Assembly (NCBI RefSeq): GCF_006345805.1
Contig: NC_043015.1
Span: 4,836,001-4,900,000 of the forward strand
Length of the DNA stretch: 64,000 bases
Reading direction: 5' to 3'
Source: Octopus sinensis
Taxonomy: Eukaryota
Position 1 is the stretch's first letter; every line of letters starts with the position of its first letter. Shown here piece after piece: positions 26,051-38,777 of this stretch. The position numbers were made by a program, and so were the translations under genes. The notes under the pieces were generated by a model. That model did not search any database, was not told the origin of the DNA, and saw only the letters and a program-made list of their open reading frames with translations.

Positions 26051-27135
26051 AGTATCAAAGAAAAGAAAGGCAGGGTATGAGTTCAGAAATATCAAGGAAA
26101 AAAAATAACTCTTTGCTATACATAGATGATTACAAGCTTTTGAGTAGGAATAAAAAAGAGTTAGGTTTCTTAATACAGAGTGTTAGATTCCTCAGCAATG
26201 ATGCATCATAGAATTTGGTATAGATAAATGCAGTATAATTCATAAGCAGTCAACATCGGCGTCATCAAATTCCAGATGACCATATATTAAAATCCTTGAA
26301 AGGAGGAGAGAGTTATAAGCATCTAGGAGTATTAGAATCTAACCCATTACTAAATACAGTAATGAAAACGAAATTTGAGGAGAACATCAGAAGGGTGAGG
26401 AAGCTTATGAAATCGAAGCTAAATGATCCGAAGTTAGTGAAGGCTGTAAATACTTGGTTGTAGATTAAACAAAAGCGGAATTAGCAAAGCTAGTCAGAAT
26501 TCAATATGAATAGAGAACTCCACCCAAGAGCAGGAGTAGAATACTTACCTTGAAAGGAAGGCTCAAGAGAAGATAGCTATAATAGATATAGACTCCAATT
26601 GAAGTATAGCGAAGAAAGTTTACGAGAAGCTGCTAGTATCACAGTAAGATATAGAGGAGCCAAAATCCCAAACGGATTTGGAAACCAGAAAACAAGAACA
26701 AAGGTTATCTAACTGACAGGAGAAAGCGCTACATGATAGATTCCCAAAGATATTTGCAGCACGTACTAGTAGCGAGACATGGATATAGTTACCGAAAGGA
26801 AAGCTTGAAAGGGAGACAAACAATATGTTAATGGCGTCCCAAAGTCAGGCATTAAGACCTAATTGGATAAAAGCCAAGACAGACAAAACCAAGTAGATTC
26901 CCATCATAAATTATGCAAATCAAAAGAGGAAAGTGTTACTCTTATAGGAAGTAAATGTAGTACGCTGACACAGAAATAATACAAAAAAATTCCAACCTAG
27001 GGAAAGTAATCCACTGGGAGTTACTTAGAAAACTAAGAAGTGAGCATACTGATAAATGTTTTGAACATGAACCTAGTGAAGTACTAGAAAATAAGAAATC
27101 CAAAGTGTTGTGAAACCTTAAGATTCAAACTGACA

Positions 27136-27303
27136 GGAGTGGCTGTGTGGTAAGATGTGTGTTTACCAACCACATTGTTCCGGGTTCAGTCCCACTGCGT
27201 GGCACCTTGGGCAAGTATCTTCTGCTATAGCCTCGGGCCGACCAAAGCCTTGTGAGTGGATTTGGTAGACGGAAACTGAAAGAAGCCCGTCGTATATATG
27301 TAT

Positions 27304-27359
<56 letters not shown>

Positions 27360-27837
27360 ATATATGTGTGTGCGTTATGTTTGTGTCTGTCCCCCTAGCA
27401 TTGCTTGACAACCGTTATATAAGGCGGCGAGCTGGCAGAAACGTTAACACGCCGGGCGAAATGCGTAGCCGTATTTCGTCTGTTGTTACGTTCCGAGTTC
27501 AAATTGCACCGAGGTCGACTTTGCCTTTCATCCTTTCGGGGTCGATAAATTAAGTACCAGTTGCGTACTGGGGTCGATGTAATCGACTTAATCCCTTTGC
27601 CTGTCCTTGTTTGTCCCCTCTGTGTTTAGCCCCTTGTGGGTAGTTAAGAAATCAACCGATGCTGGTGTGTTTATGTCTCCGTCACTTAGCGGTTCGGCGA
27701 AAAAGACCGATAGAATAAGTACTGGGCTTACAAAGAATAAGTCCCGGGGTCGAGTTGCTCGATTAAAAGGCGGTGCTCCAGCATGGCCGCAGTCAAATGA
27801 CTGAAACAAGTAAAAGAGAAAAGAGAAAAAGAGAAAG
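27136..27837 (+). mobile_element. SINE family A inserted in the Dong endonuclease region and split by a family B SINE
   Basis: Dong ...ATTCAAACTGAC resumes as AGAGTAATAGAGACT at about 27838; the family A head and tail lie either side of 27415-27652. Confidence 0.92.
27415..27652 (+). mobile_element. SINE family B (tRNA-like head; central GCCTTTCATCCTTTCGGGGTCGATAAATTAAGTACC, possibly Meta-domain-like) with 6-bp TSD CAACCG
   Basis: TSD at 27409-27414 and 27653-27658; homologous to 42786-43016 and 54870-55097. Confidence 0.92.
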
Positions 27838-28214
27838 AGAGTAATAGAGACTAGAAGGCCTGATTTAGTTGAAATTGATGAAGAGAATAGAAAATACCAG
27901 AGAATCGAATTTGCAATCCCAAACGAGGAAAAGATCAATATGAGAGGCGTAGAAAAAATTGTAAATTATCAAGACCTACCCATTCATTACCGAGATTATG
28001 GAAATGGCAGGTAAAATGTATTCGAGTAGTTATAGATGCATTTGGGACTATCCCTAAAGATTTGAACGGATGGATAGAGGAAATAAGCATAAACCCCAGT
28101 TTTGTACAGCTGCAGAAAACAGTGTTATTAAGGGCATGTAGGATATTTGGAGGATTCTTGACATATAAGATTATTTTTTCGAACCGACTAATCTGTTGTA
28201 TGTATGTGAAAATC

Positions 28215-28289
<75 letters not shown>

Positions 28290-28531
28290 GTAATAATGAG
28301 GATGATGATGATGACGATGATGATGATAACAACAACAACAACAATAATAATATTAATAATAATAATAATGATAATAACAACAACACAAATAATAATAATA
28401 ATAATAATAATAATGACGATGCTGCTGCTGCTGATGATGATGATAATGATAACAATAATAATAACAACAACAACAATAATAAAAGTAAAATAGTAATAAT
28501 GGTAATAAAAATAAAACACAACAACAAAAAC

Positions 28532-28604
<73 letters not shown>

Positions 28605-28620
28605 TAATAATAATATAATA
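28215..28620. repeat. Compound (AAT)n/(GAT)n/(AAC)n array
   Basis: Direct reading. Confidence 0.95.
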
Positions 28621-29177
28621 AATGCCCTGATGCCAGTACCAGGCAGTGGCTCTCATGGCTTCTGATCTTAACTGATTGGAAGTGTATCATGTACATTGTT
28701 TTGTCTTGGTATAAAAGATGGGCTACAGCAAATATTCTGCTCAATACCACAGATTTGCTTGTCAGTTGTTTGACCTTAACCAGTTGAGCATGTCCCTTAG
28801 TGGCTGACGATATGTGCATCTCTGATCACGAGCAGAAGTAGTGGGGGAGCATCATAGCCATGTGTTGAGAGGGATTCTTTGGGGTTTGAATAGTTCACCT
28901 CTGGAAACATGGGTGGTTCTTTCAACATCCTTAAACAACTCTTATTCAGGGACCGTTTGAGCGGGATGGGCTACTCAACCTGAAAAAATTCTAACTGGGC
29001 CCCACCTGCAAGGTCATGTGCTGTTTATCTTGATATGAGATCACCATGTCGCGCACATATGGTTGTGATGCATGTGCCTGGTGTACCTTTATCAGACGGG
29101 TAGTCATGATGGGTATATTGGGTTTCGTATATTTTACCCCAGCGTCACTTTGATGGCATGAACTGCTCTCTCACTCA
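28621..29177 (+). mobile_element. 557-bp ORF-less element flanked on both sides by (TAA)n; probable Dong-mobilised non-autonomous element or Dong UTR
   Basis: Sharp boundaries against (AAT)n at both ends; second partial copy at 29435-29604. Strand is inferred from the truncation pattern. Confidence 0.7.
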
Positions 29178-29178
29178 T

Positions 29179-29262
<84 letters not shown>

Positions 29263-29266
29263 TATA

Positions 29267-29434
29267 AAGTATGGACGACACAGAGCAAAAGAGGGGTATG
29301 AACATACACCCGAGGGTATAATCGAAAATGATAATGCGAAAATCATATGAGATGTCGTGATTCAGTGCGAGCATGAGATAGAGAATAGGAAACCAGACGT
29401 AGTGTAAATTGAGAAAGAAAACAAACTATGGTGG
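29267..29434 (+). mobile_element. Second R4/Dong-like fragment (start of endonuclease domain), different subfamily
   Basis: KYG..RAKE.YEHTPEGIIENDNAKII*DVVIQCEHEIENRKPDVV*IEKENKL, directly after (TAA)n. Confidence 0.8.
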
Positions 29435-29602
29435 AGCACATGGCGTTGCAGGTGGTGCCCAGTTAGAATTTTATTCTGATCGAGTAACCCATTCCACTCC
29501 AAATATCCCTGAATAAGGGTTGTTTAAGGCGGTTCAACGAACCCCCATGTTTCCAGAGGTTAACTATTCAAACCCCTCTCAACACATGGCTATGATGCTC
29601 CC

Positions 29603-29604
<2 letters not shown>
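29435..29604 (-). mobile_element. Truncated inverted copy of the 557-bp (TAA)n-resident element
   Basis: Reverse complement of about 28843-29022; abuts (ATT)n at 29604. Confidence 0.85.
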
Positions 29605-29680
<76 letters not shown>

Positions 29681-30066
29681 CGTGGTAAGTAGCTTGTTTA
29701 CCAACCACATGGTTCCGGTTTTAGTCCCAATGCGTGACACCTTGGGCAATTATCTTCTGCTATAGCCTCCGGCCGACCAGAGCCCTGTGAGTGGATTTGG
29801 TAGACGGAAACTGAAAGAAGCCCGTTGTATATATATGTATATATATATATATATGAGTGTGTGTGTGTCTGTGTTTGTCCCCCTAGCATTGCTTGACAAC
29901 CGATGCTGGTGTGTTTATGTCCCCGTTACTTAGCGGTTCGGCAAAAGAGACCGATAGAATAAGTACTGGGCTTAAAAAAGAATAAGTCCCGGGATCGAAT
30001 TGCTCGATTAAAGGCGGTGCTCCAGCATGACTGAAACAAGTAAAAGAGTAAAAGAGTAAAAGAGTA
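29681..30066 (+). mobile_element. SINE family A within an (ATT)n array; 3' stem-loop deleted
   Basis: Collinear with other copies; reads TCCAGCATGACTGAAAC instead of TCCAGCATGGCCGCAGTCAAATGACTGAAAC. Confidence 0.9.
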
Positions 30067-30078
30067 TTATTATTATTA

Positions 30079-30112
<34 letters not shown>

Positions 30113-30416
30113 AATTATTATTATTATTATCGTTATCATTATTAATATTATTATTATTATTATTATTACTATTGTTTTTATTATTGTTGTCTTTATTACT
30201 ATTATTGATCTTATTTTTGTTGTTATTATATCTGCTTCTTTGCTATCCATTGTTATTGCACACATACATGTAAATAAGTAAAGCGTCTCCTCAAAATTTG
30301 CTGCAATTAAAAGTTTAATAGGTATTTATTTCCTCTTAATATTATATATCTCATATAACACACTATATAAAATAAGTATTGGCTTCCAAACAAAACACAT
30401 TCTCCCAATGTTTCCA

Positions 30417-30829
30417 TACTCTTTACTCTTTTACTCTTTTACTCTTTTACTTGTTTCAGTCATTTGACTGCGGCCATACTGGAGCACCACCTTTGGTCGA
30501 GCAAATCGACCCCAGGACTTATTTTCTGTAAGCCCAGTACTTATTCTATCGGTCTCTTTTGCCGAACCGCTAAGTGGCGGGGACGTAAACACACCAGCAC
30601 CGCTAAGGGACAAACACAGACACACAAACATATACACACACATACAGATATATTTATACATATATACGACAGGCTTCTTTCAGTTTCCGTCTAACAAATC
30701 CACTCACAAGGCTTTGGGCGGCCCGAGGCTATAGCAGAAGACACTTGCCCATGATGCCACGCAGCGGGACTGAACCCGGAACCATGTGGTTGGTTAGCAA
30801 GCAACTTACCACACAGCCACTCCTGTGCC
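30417..30829 (-). mobile_element. SINE family A, full length
   Basis: Tail (TACTCTTT)n at 30417; head ...ACCACACAGCCACTCCTGTGCC at 30829. Confidence 0.92.
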
Positions 30830-31205
30830 TATTTTCAAATAGAAAACACTATTCTCGCAGTAAACATATTCATGTATTCACTGCAGTTTATTGGATTTAA
30901 ACATATATGAATGCTATTGCGTATTCGATGCTCAAGTGAAATATGTACCTATTTTAACCTCTACTTGACGTTTTCTTTCAATATACATCACGGATATAAC
31001 GAAGACGCTAAAGTCAGCAATTCGTCTGACAACAATGGAATATAATACATCATTAATGAGATTAAACAAATGGATTATACATTGCTTAAAGTAGAACGTA
31101 CAAGTGTATACATCTACGCGTGTGAGCGATGCAAGTGACTGCGTGCCTGCGTGTGTATTCATTTCCTCGCATCCAGCCCGTTTACATGTATGCATATATA
31201 TATGC

Positions 31206-31290
<85 letters not shown>

Positions 31291-31490
31291 CATATGATAC
31301 ATATATATATATGGATGTAAATATATACATAAACACACATATATATCAATTTATATGTATATACGTATACACACATATATATATATATACATATACATAT
31401 GTATATACATACATATGAATACGTATATGTATATATATATATATACATAAATATATACATTTATTTGAATCCGTATATGCACAAATATAT

Positions 31491-31537
<47 letters not shown>

Positions 31538-32134
31538 GCAACGAAGAGAATGCATCATTTTTCTTTGATATGCGATTCTATTTCCATTGTTTCCGAAAGA
31601 AATGACTACTATATATATGTTAGACTTAGCTTTGGATGTGACCGTCTTCAGAATTTGAAGCGAGAGAAAAAAAAACCGTTTCCTACGTCTTCATCATGCT
31701 TCCTGTAAGAAGACACTGTTTGTTTTCTTGTTTCTTGTTAACTTTCCTGTCAGATCACTATGTCAGTAGATCGCAGCATAGATAACATTATACATATTAT
31801 ATCTGTCTATGTACTTTGCTACATATGTGTTTAGGCGTATGTGGTTGTGTTTGTATGAGTGTATATCTATAAATTTATAAGACACACGGGCACACAGACT
31901 CATACACGCGTATATACATACATACAAACATTCACACACACATACACACTCACGTATTTGAATACATTGAAGAGAGAATGTTATATTAAATCTGTGAACG
32001 AGATATAAACAGTAGCAGTACGGAATTGCAACACATACTTATCAGCTAAGTGTGGCGCCCTGCAAAGACCAGCACTACTAAGTTTTATAGCCCTAGCAAG
32101 ACATCTCCTCCAGCAGGGTAACGACACATAAAAA

Positions 32135-33046
32135 CATTATGAAAGTAGAGAGTACTAGCATTGCTAGAAATGTGTCAGATGAACTGCGAAGCCATAGAAA
32201 GCTCACTGAAAACAAAGATGGTGAGAGTGGACGGAGAATAAAACTTATAACTCCTACTTTCGCGAAGGCCGCAAAAGAAATAGTGAATAACCGAATAAAG
32301 ATTTTGGGTTCTGTGCCAAAAACAAACAACAAAAAAACACTTATCTCTCTTCAGTTAAGAATCCTGCACAAAATAAGCCAAATTTAAAAACATTCACTTC
32401 AACCATGCTTGCCTCGTCGTGTGAAGTCCAAAGGTACGTTCAGAAACGACGAAAGTGAATTAATTATTAATACAGAATTCTATTATAATTAATGACAAAT
32501 AATGATATTAGTGGTAATTCAAAGCATGAATAGTCGAGATGAACCCCGAAACTTGATTTCAGAGAGTTTTCTTTCGCGTCGGAGTTCATCTAACACCTAT
32601 TTCTAGCGATGTTGCTATTTTCTATCACCATAATGTTCTGAAACTTGCATATACGGTTAATGCTTGGAATCGACAAAGATATTAATATTTATGATTAAGA
32701 ATAATATCTTTAGACATTTATAAATTATTTATTTCGTTTCCGAATGTACCTTGGCACTTCACATGAACACGCAAGCATGCTTGAGGTGTATTTTAAATTT
32801 GGCCTTCTTTTTGAGACAAGCTTACCCGAAGAGGGATAAGTGTTTTTTTTTGGGGGGGGGGTTAGCACAGAGCCCAAAATCGATACTGAGTTTTTTGCCA
32901 TTTATTTTGCAGCCTTCGCGAAAGAAGGAGCTCTAATTTTCATTCACCATCCGCTTTCAATTTTTGTTTTCAGTGAACTTTCTGTGGCTTCAGAGCCTAC
33001 CTGACTCTTATTCCTAGCAAAGGTAGTACATTCTAGTACCATAATG
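32135..33046. repeat. Old long inverted repeat with about 330-bp arms (32135-32470 / 32722-33046)
   Basis: Matching blocks include CTTTCGCGAAGGCCGCAAAA/TTTTGCAGCCTTCGCGAAAG, TCACTGAAAACAAA/TTTGTTTTCAGTGA and GATTTTGGGTTCTGTGC/GCACAGAGCCCAAAATC. Confidence 0.85.
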
Positions 33047-33639
33047 CCACACAAAGCACTAACTTCATGAGTTCACGAAAAGCGAGGGAGCAAGCAAAAA
33101 GTTAAACAGATATAACCAGAACACGTTATTTCGTAAAATTTGTATCCTTGTTTATTAATTTCTCCTTAGGTCTTAATTGCTAACGGGTCACCTATATTAT
33201 AATATATTTAATATATTATATTATTTTATTATGTATATATATTATATATAGTAAGAGGAGACGAATGGGATATATAAGGTTGCTGTCATTGTTTAATTAG
33301 ATCTTTTTATTATGATATAAAGATAATATAATAAGTTAGATTTCGAAATATGTTGCAGACTAACAAATAAAGAAGAATCGGCAGATTAACCAACAGCTCA
33401 TCAGTTACTGAAATTTCTAATCCGAATTATTAACATTTAAATAGTCAATCTACAGTGGTAGATGTTATGTTAGAATATGAACACAAATTAAAGGACAGTT
33501 AAAGGCATTACAAACCTAATGTTCACTATAGCAAGAATTATTAGTGGTTGAATTATTGGAATATAGCAGGTAGTATACGACAGTCATAACATTGCACCTA
33601 TCAAATCGTGCTCGAAGGCAGCTATATGTGTGTGTGTAT

Positions 33640-33712
<73 letters not shown>

Positions 33713-33713
<1 letters not shown>

Positions 33714-34850
33714 CGGGGTTCTTTCCTTTTCCGTCTACCAACACCAGTCATAGGCCTTCGGTCGGTCCGAGGTTACAGTAGAAGTCACTTGCCCAAGGTT
33801 CAACGAAGTCGGATTGTACCCAGAACCATATGATTGAGAAGTCAGCTTCTTAACACACAACCATTCCTGAGCCTACATATATATAATATATAATGATATA
33901 ATATAGCTTGCGTGTCTAAGCAAGTGTTTAGCTATGAAAGGATCCTGATTATGAAAATATGATCTAAAATGCAATGTAAAATATAACGGTATTTGGTTTG
34001 CTCTGTAAAACTCCTCAACACTAAGCTGACATTTTGCACTGCTTAAGGAAGAAATCAATATTGACGTCCAGCACAGCAGGTACATCATTAAGTAGTATTA
34101 TATCCCCATATTGTTAATCAGTCTTAATGTATAGTCTTAGATGCAATAATAATAGCTAACGTTAATTGCTCTCACTAACAGATGTCTTGGCAAATGTGCA
34201 AGTAAATGCATAAATAATACAAAAATTCGAATTCATATCATAGAGCCTGATTTCGCGAAAATATGCCCTGGTTGAAATTTGATTTGACAGAATTAATCTA
34301 ATTTAATAACAGTTTGTTTGTTCTTTATCACATGATAGATTTCTATAGAGTATGCTCAGTATATAACTTGTGATTAAGATCAGCTAATAAACCACGCGCT
34401 TTTTCTAAATTAAATGGAAATAAAAGCCACATATAATTTCCTATGAGTGGTAACCCACTGCATTTAAAGAGTTTTGACATGATTGCAGTACTGATACATG
34501 TAGGAAAACAAGTTTGAAAGGGACGGTACTTCATTAGGTATAACTGATTAGAGCAAAGAGGGCTAAATATCAATAACCTAAACTAGATTTAGCAATACCT
34601 CTGTAAAGGACTCAAGGATTGTATCAATGCTCCTAGGAGACAACGAAAATGCATATTTGGAAATATGTTTTTTGGTGATAACACAAAAATAAAATGAATA
34701 TAGGGAGATCTTTGTAACCAATTTTTGTTACACCAAGCGGGATTTTAGTAATGCTCTTAGGAGACAACAAAAAGTATTTTTGCATATATGTTGGTTTGTG
34801 ATAACACAAATCACATACATATTAACGTGCTTATTGATAGTTAGCCCTAA

Positions 34851-34896
<46 letters not shown>

Positions 34897-36033
34897 ACGG
34901 GGTTCTTTCCTTTTCCGTCTACCAACACCAGTCATAGGCCTTCGGTCGGTCCGAGGTTACAGTAGAAGTCACTTGCCCAAGGTTCAACGAAGTCGGATTG
35001 TACCCAGAACCATATGATTGAGAAGTCAGCTTCTTAACACACAACCATTCCTGAGCCTACATATATATAATATATAATGATATAATATAGCTTGCGTGTC
35101 TAAGCAAGTGTTTAGCTATGAAAGGATCCTGATTATGAAAATATGATCTAAAATGCAATGTAAAATATAACGGTATTTGGTTTGCTCTGTAAAACTCCTC
35201 AACACTAAGCTGACATTTTGCACTGCTTAAGGAAGAAATCAATATTGACGTCCAGCACAGCAGGTACATCATTAAGTAGTATTATATCCCCATATTGTTA
35301 ATCAGTCTTAATGTATAGTCTTAGATGCAATAATAATAGCTAACGTTAATTGCTCTCACTAACAGATGTCTTGGCAAATGTTGCAAGTAAATGCATAAAT
35401 AATAAAAAAATTCGAATTCATATCATAGAGCCTGATTTCGCGAAAATATGCCCTGGTTGAAATTTGATTTGACAGAATTAATCTAATTTAATAACAGTTT
35501 GTTTGTTCTTTATCACATGATAGATTTCTATAGAGTATGCTCAGTATATAACTTGTGATTAAGATCAGCTAATAAACCACGCGCTTTTTCTAAATTAAAT
35601 GGAAATAAAAGCCACATATAATTTCCTATGAGTGGTAACCCACTGCATTTAAAGAGTTTTTGACATGATTGCAGTACTGATACATGTAGGAAAACAAGTT
35701 TGAAAGGGACGGTACTTCATTAGGTATAACTGATTAGAGCAAAGAGGGCTAAATATCAATAACCTAAACTAGATTTAGCAATACCTCTGTAAAGGACTCA
35801 AGGATTGTATCAATGCTCCTAGGAGACAACAAAAATGCATATTTGGAAATATGTTTTTTGGTGATAACACAAAAATAAAATGAATATAGGGAGATCTTTG
35901 TAACCAATTTTTGTTACACCAAGCGGGATTTTAGTAATGCTCTTAGGAGACAACAAAAAGTATTTTTGCATATATGTTGGTTTGTGATAACACAAATCAC
36001 ATACATATTAACGTGCTTATTGATAGTTAGCCC

Positions 36034-36036
<3 letters not shown>
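33713..36036. repeat. Near-identical tandem duplication, about 1.185-kb unit, bounded by (TA)n
   Basis: 33714 aligns with 34898 and 34841 with 36027; four small differences seen. Confidence 0.95.
33714..33875 (-). mobile_element. Old 5' half of SINE family A (duplicated at 34898-35059)
   Basis: TTTCCGTCTACCAA...CACTTGCCCAAGG...CAGAACCATATG...ACACAACCATTCCTGAGCC. Confidence 0.75.
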
Positions 36037-36087
<51 letters not shown>

Positions 36088-36258
36088 ATGCCATCTCAAA
36101 ATTCTGATGGAGAGTACCTCTACCAAAGACGTCTCAACATTTATCATTCCTATTATTTTTAATGTATAGTGCTAATGTGTCTCCTGATTTTTTTGATAGA
36201 TATTGTGTGAGTTGCAGTAAAAGTGATTTCTATTTCATGTACATTGGCAATATTGCAC

Positions 36259-36310
36259 AGTCTCCAGACTTGGCGCCAAATATTTTTTCTCTTTTTTGTT
36301 TATTTGCATC
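36259..36310 (+). mobile_element. Tiny mariner-like transposase remnant (SPDLAP motif)
   Basis: QSPDLAPNIFSLF resembles the mariner YSPDLAPSDYHLF motif; no further support seen. Confidence 0.3.
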
Positions 36311-37175
36311 CGGTGATGTTATTTACATGAATAATATATATTTATCAAGAGATTGTTATCTCCTTCTTGTCACAGCCATAATTCAATGTCGACACCACGT
36401 TCTAAGCTTTCATAGGCAACAAATGTTTCAAACAATTCACTGAAAAACGTCGTATTAAAATATGAATATTACCTCAATAACGTTAGTGAAATGGCAGACT
36501 GTGTGATAGAAAAGATATGGTCATATCACTATTCTTTATAAAAATATGAAAATCAATCACCCCCTACACTTCTAAGTGAATAAACGTAATATGAGGGGAT
36601 GACATTCAAAAGAATATTTATTTTTCATATATTCTGATGCATGGAAAACAGCTAGCTTCCTATATTTTCATCAACGCTGTCAGGAGATAGTTTCTTTGTA
36701 CGCACACATATTGAAGGGAGCTATATGCATGTTTGTATATATATATATGTTTGAATGTATGTATCTATGTATGTATGCAAGTATGTATATATCTACTTGT
36801 ATATCACTTTGTCATTCTCACTTTCTATGAGTTTGATTATATGTACGTATGCATGCATGAATGTATAACGCACACACGCAGGTAAGTGAAATAGGAACTT
36901 GGTTCGAGTGAATTCTTGATTTATAAAACAATTTCATTCTACGTAGGTTCCAGTTATTGTCATTATTTCCTTTAGCACACCTGGAGGAGCAGGAAATTTT
37001 ACTGAATCAAATGCTTTCTCTGTAATTACTATATCTATTTGCATTTATATGTGCGCGTATATATATAGGTGCATACATATACACAAATATATGTAAACAC
37101 ATACATATATATATACATATATATATATATGTTTGTATATATACATATATAGGTATATATATATCTAACAATATA

Positions 37176-37213
<38 letters not shown>

Positions 37214-37230
37214 TGTATTTATATATATTC

Positions 37231-37295
<65 letters not shown>

Positions 37296-37792
37296 AATTA
37301 TGGGCGTTTAGATCACAGGTGACGTAAACGATTAGGCACGTTAGGTAAATGCTGTAACGGATTACTGGGTACTTATGGTGCCATTGCAGATTTCCAAAGC
37401 AGCGGATCTATAATTGCTAAACAGAACGTTATACTATATCAAGATTTTTACCAACATGAATATACGCAATATTGCACCTAATTACTTACGCTTTCCATCT
37501 CCATATTCTTTTGTTCCCTTCCTCTATGTCGTCATCTTATGAATATATGTCATTCTCATTTTCCCCATGTTACCCTATTTGTCATTGATGACAGAATATC
37601 CCGTATTTGAGTTGCAGAAACAACTGTAAGGTTTTGAAATTCCTCATAATATCGTATGAGGCTTGAGATGTTTTCCTTGTCTTAATATTTGCTGCCCTAT
37701 TTAACAATAATAAATATATATATATATATGTAGTGAGAGAGAGATAAATAGATATATTGAGAGACTGATAAAAATAGACAGGGAAACATATG

Positions 37793-37823
<31 letters not shown>

Positions 37824-38777
37824 CGTTAATTGATATCGTGTATTCTACACACTTAAATTTGTGTGCCACTTGCAATGTTCATAGTGTGTTTGTCTCAGCT
37901 ACAAATTTTCTGTTGGTTGGTTTTACTCGACAGCTCCATCTATTTTTTTTCCACAAATTCTTATATCGTGTCCTTTCGATCCAGATGAAGATTTAGCTTA
38001 TATCATTTCCATTGTGATACGACAATCAACCTTCTGAGAGAATTATAAGTGCGCTCGTTGCAATTTAGTTTAAAGACAAGTTAACAAAATTTTGATGCCA
38101 GTTTTGATATTCACATCGATGTTCCATATCTGATCTCCAAGATTCTGTTGTGTCTCTTCCCATGTTACACACGAGAAACATATTTGCTCCTCTATAAGGA
38201 CATATTTCGTGTATATCTTGACATTGCTGAACGAATTCTGATATTTATGCTCCATCGCTTTTTTTTTAGAAAATCTTGAAACCTTAACAATGACAGCGTA
38301 TTTCCATATTTAGAGGAATGTTAACGTGGTCGTACATACAATACTCAGAATATTTGCAATTTGTATTAATGTGGAGGTGCTTTTGCATTAAATATTAGAG
38401 TGGAGCGATAAAGCTACATTTACATAAACTTTCCTAATATGTATTTATCAATATATTTTTCATTGCGATATTAAAAAAAAAACAACGATGTGAATATCTG
38501 AACTTTTTACATTTAATTCTTTAAGTTCAGAACCAAACTTGAAATTTTGAATAAGGTGCGAAAATTCAATTTATAACACATTCCTTATTTTATTTTCACA
38601 TTCATTGTTATTAATCGATTTTACTTTGTATTTTTTAAATTTTAAACAAGAGTGTTAAAATCTCAACGTTTTTAAAAATTTGTCTCGACTGTTCGACTTT
38701 GTATTCTTTATTTTTTTATACTAGCTCAACGAATACATGTGTTTCATGAGGTCTAGATTATACTCACATTAAAATAA

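Larger units (their letters stand above)
24829..28214 (+). mobile_element. 5'-truncated, decayed R4/Dong-clade non-LTR retrotransposon (RT, zinc-knuckle relic, restriction-like endonuclease) inside (TAA)n
   Basis: Broken translation: WIQKFSNL, AY.MIPHSW, GIFQ, LLYIDDYKLLSRNKK, EFGIDKC, RELHPRA, WI.LPKGKL.RET, then (after the nested SINE) RVIETRRPDLVEIDEENRKYQRIEFAIP and LQKTVLLRAC. Both ends abut (AAT)n. Confidence 0.88.

Noticed and set aside
27409-27414. CAACC shared by both SINE B TSDs as a target motif
   Set aside because: The two insertions are in opposite orientations, so the motif falls on different strands relative to the element.
27935-28819. Poly-I, poly-N and poly-L ORFs, also at 24525-24858
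   Set aside because: Trinucleotide (AAT)n arrays, not genes.
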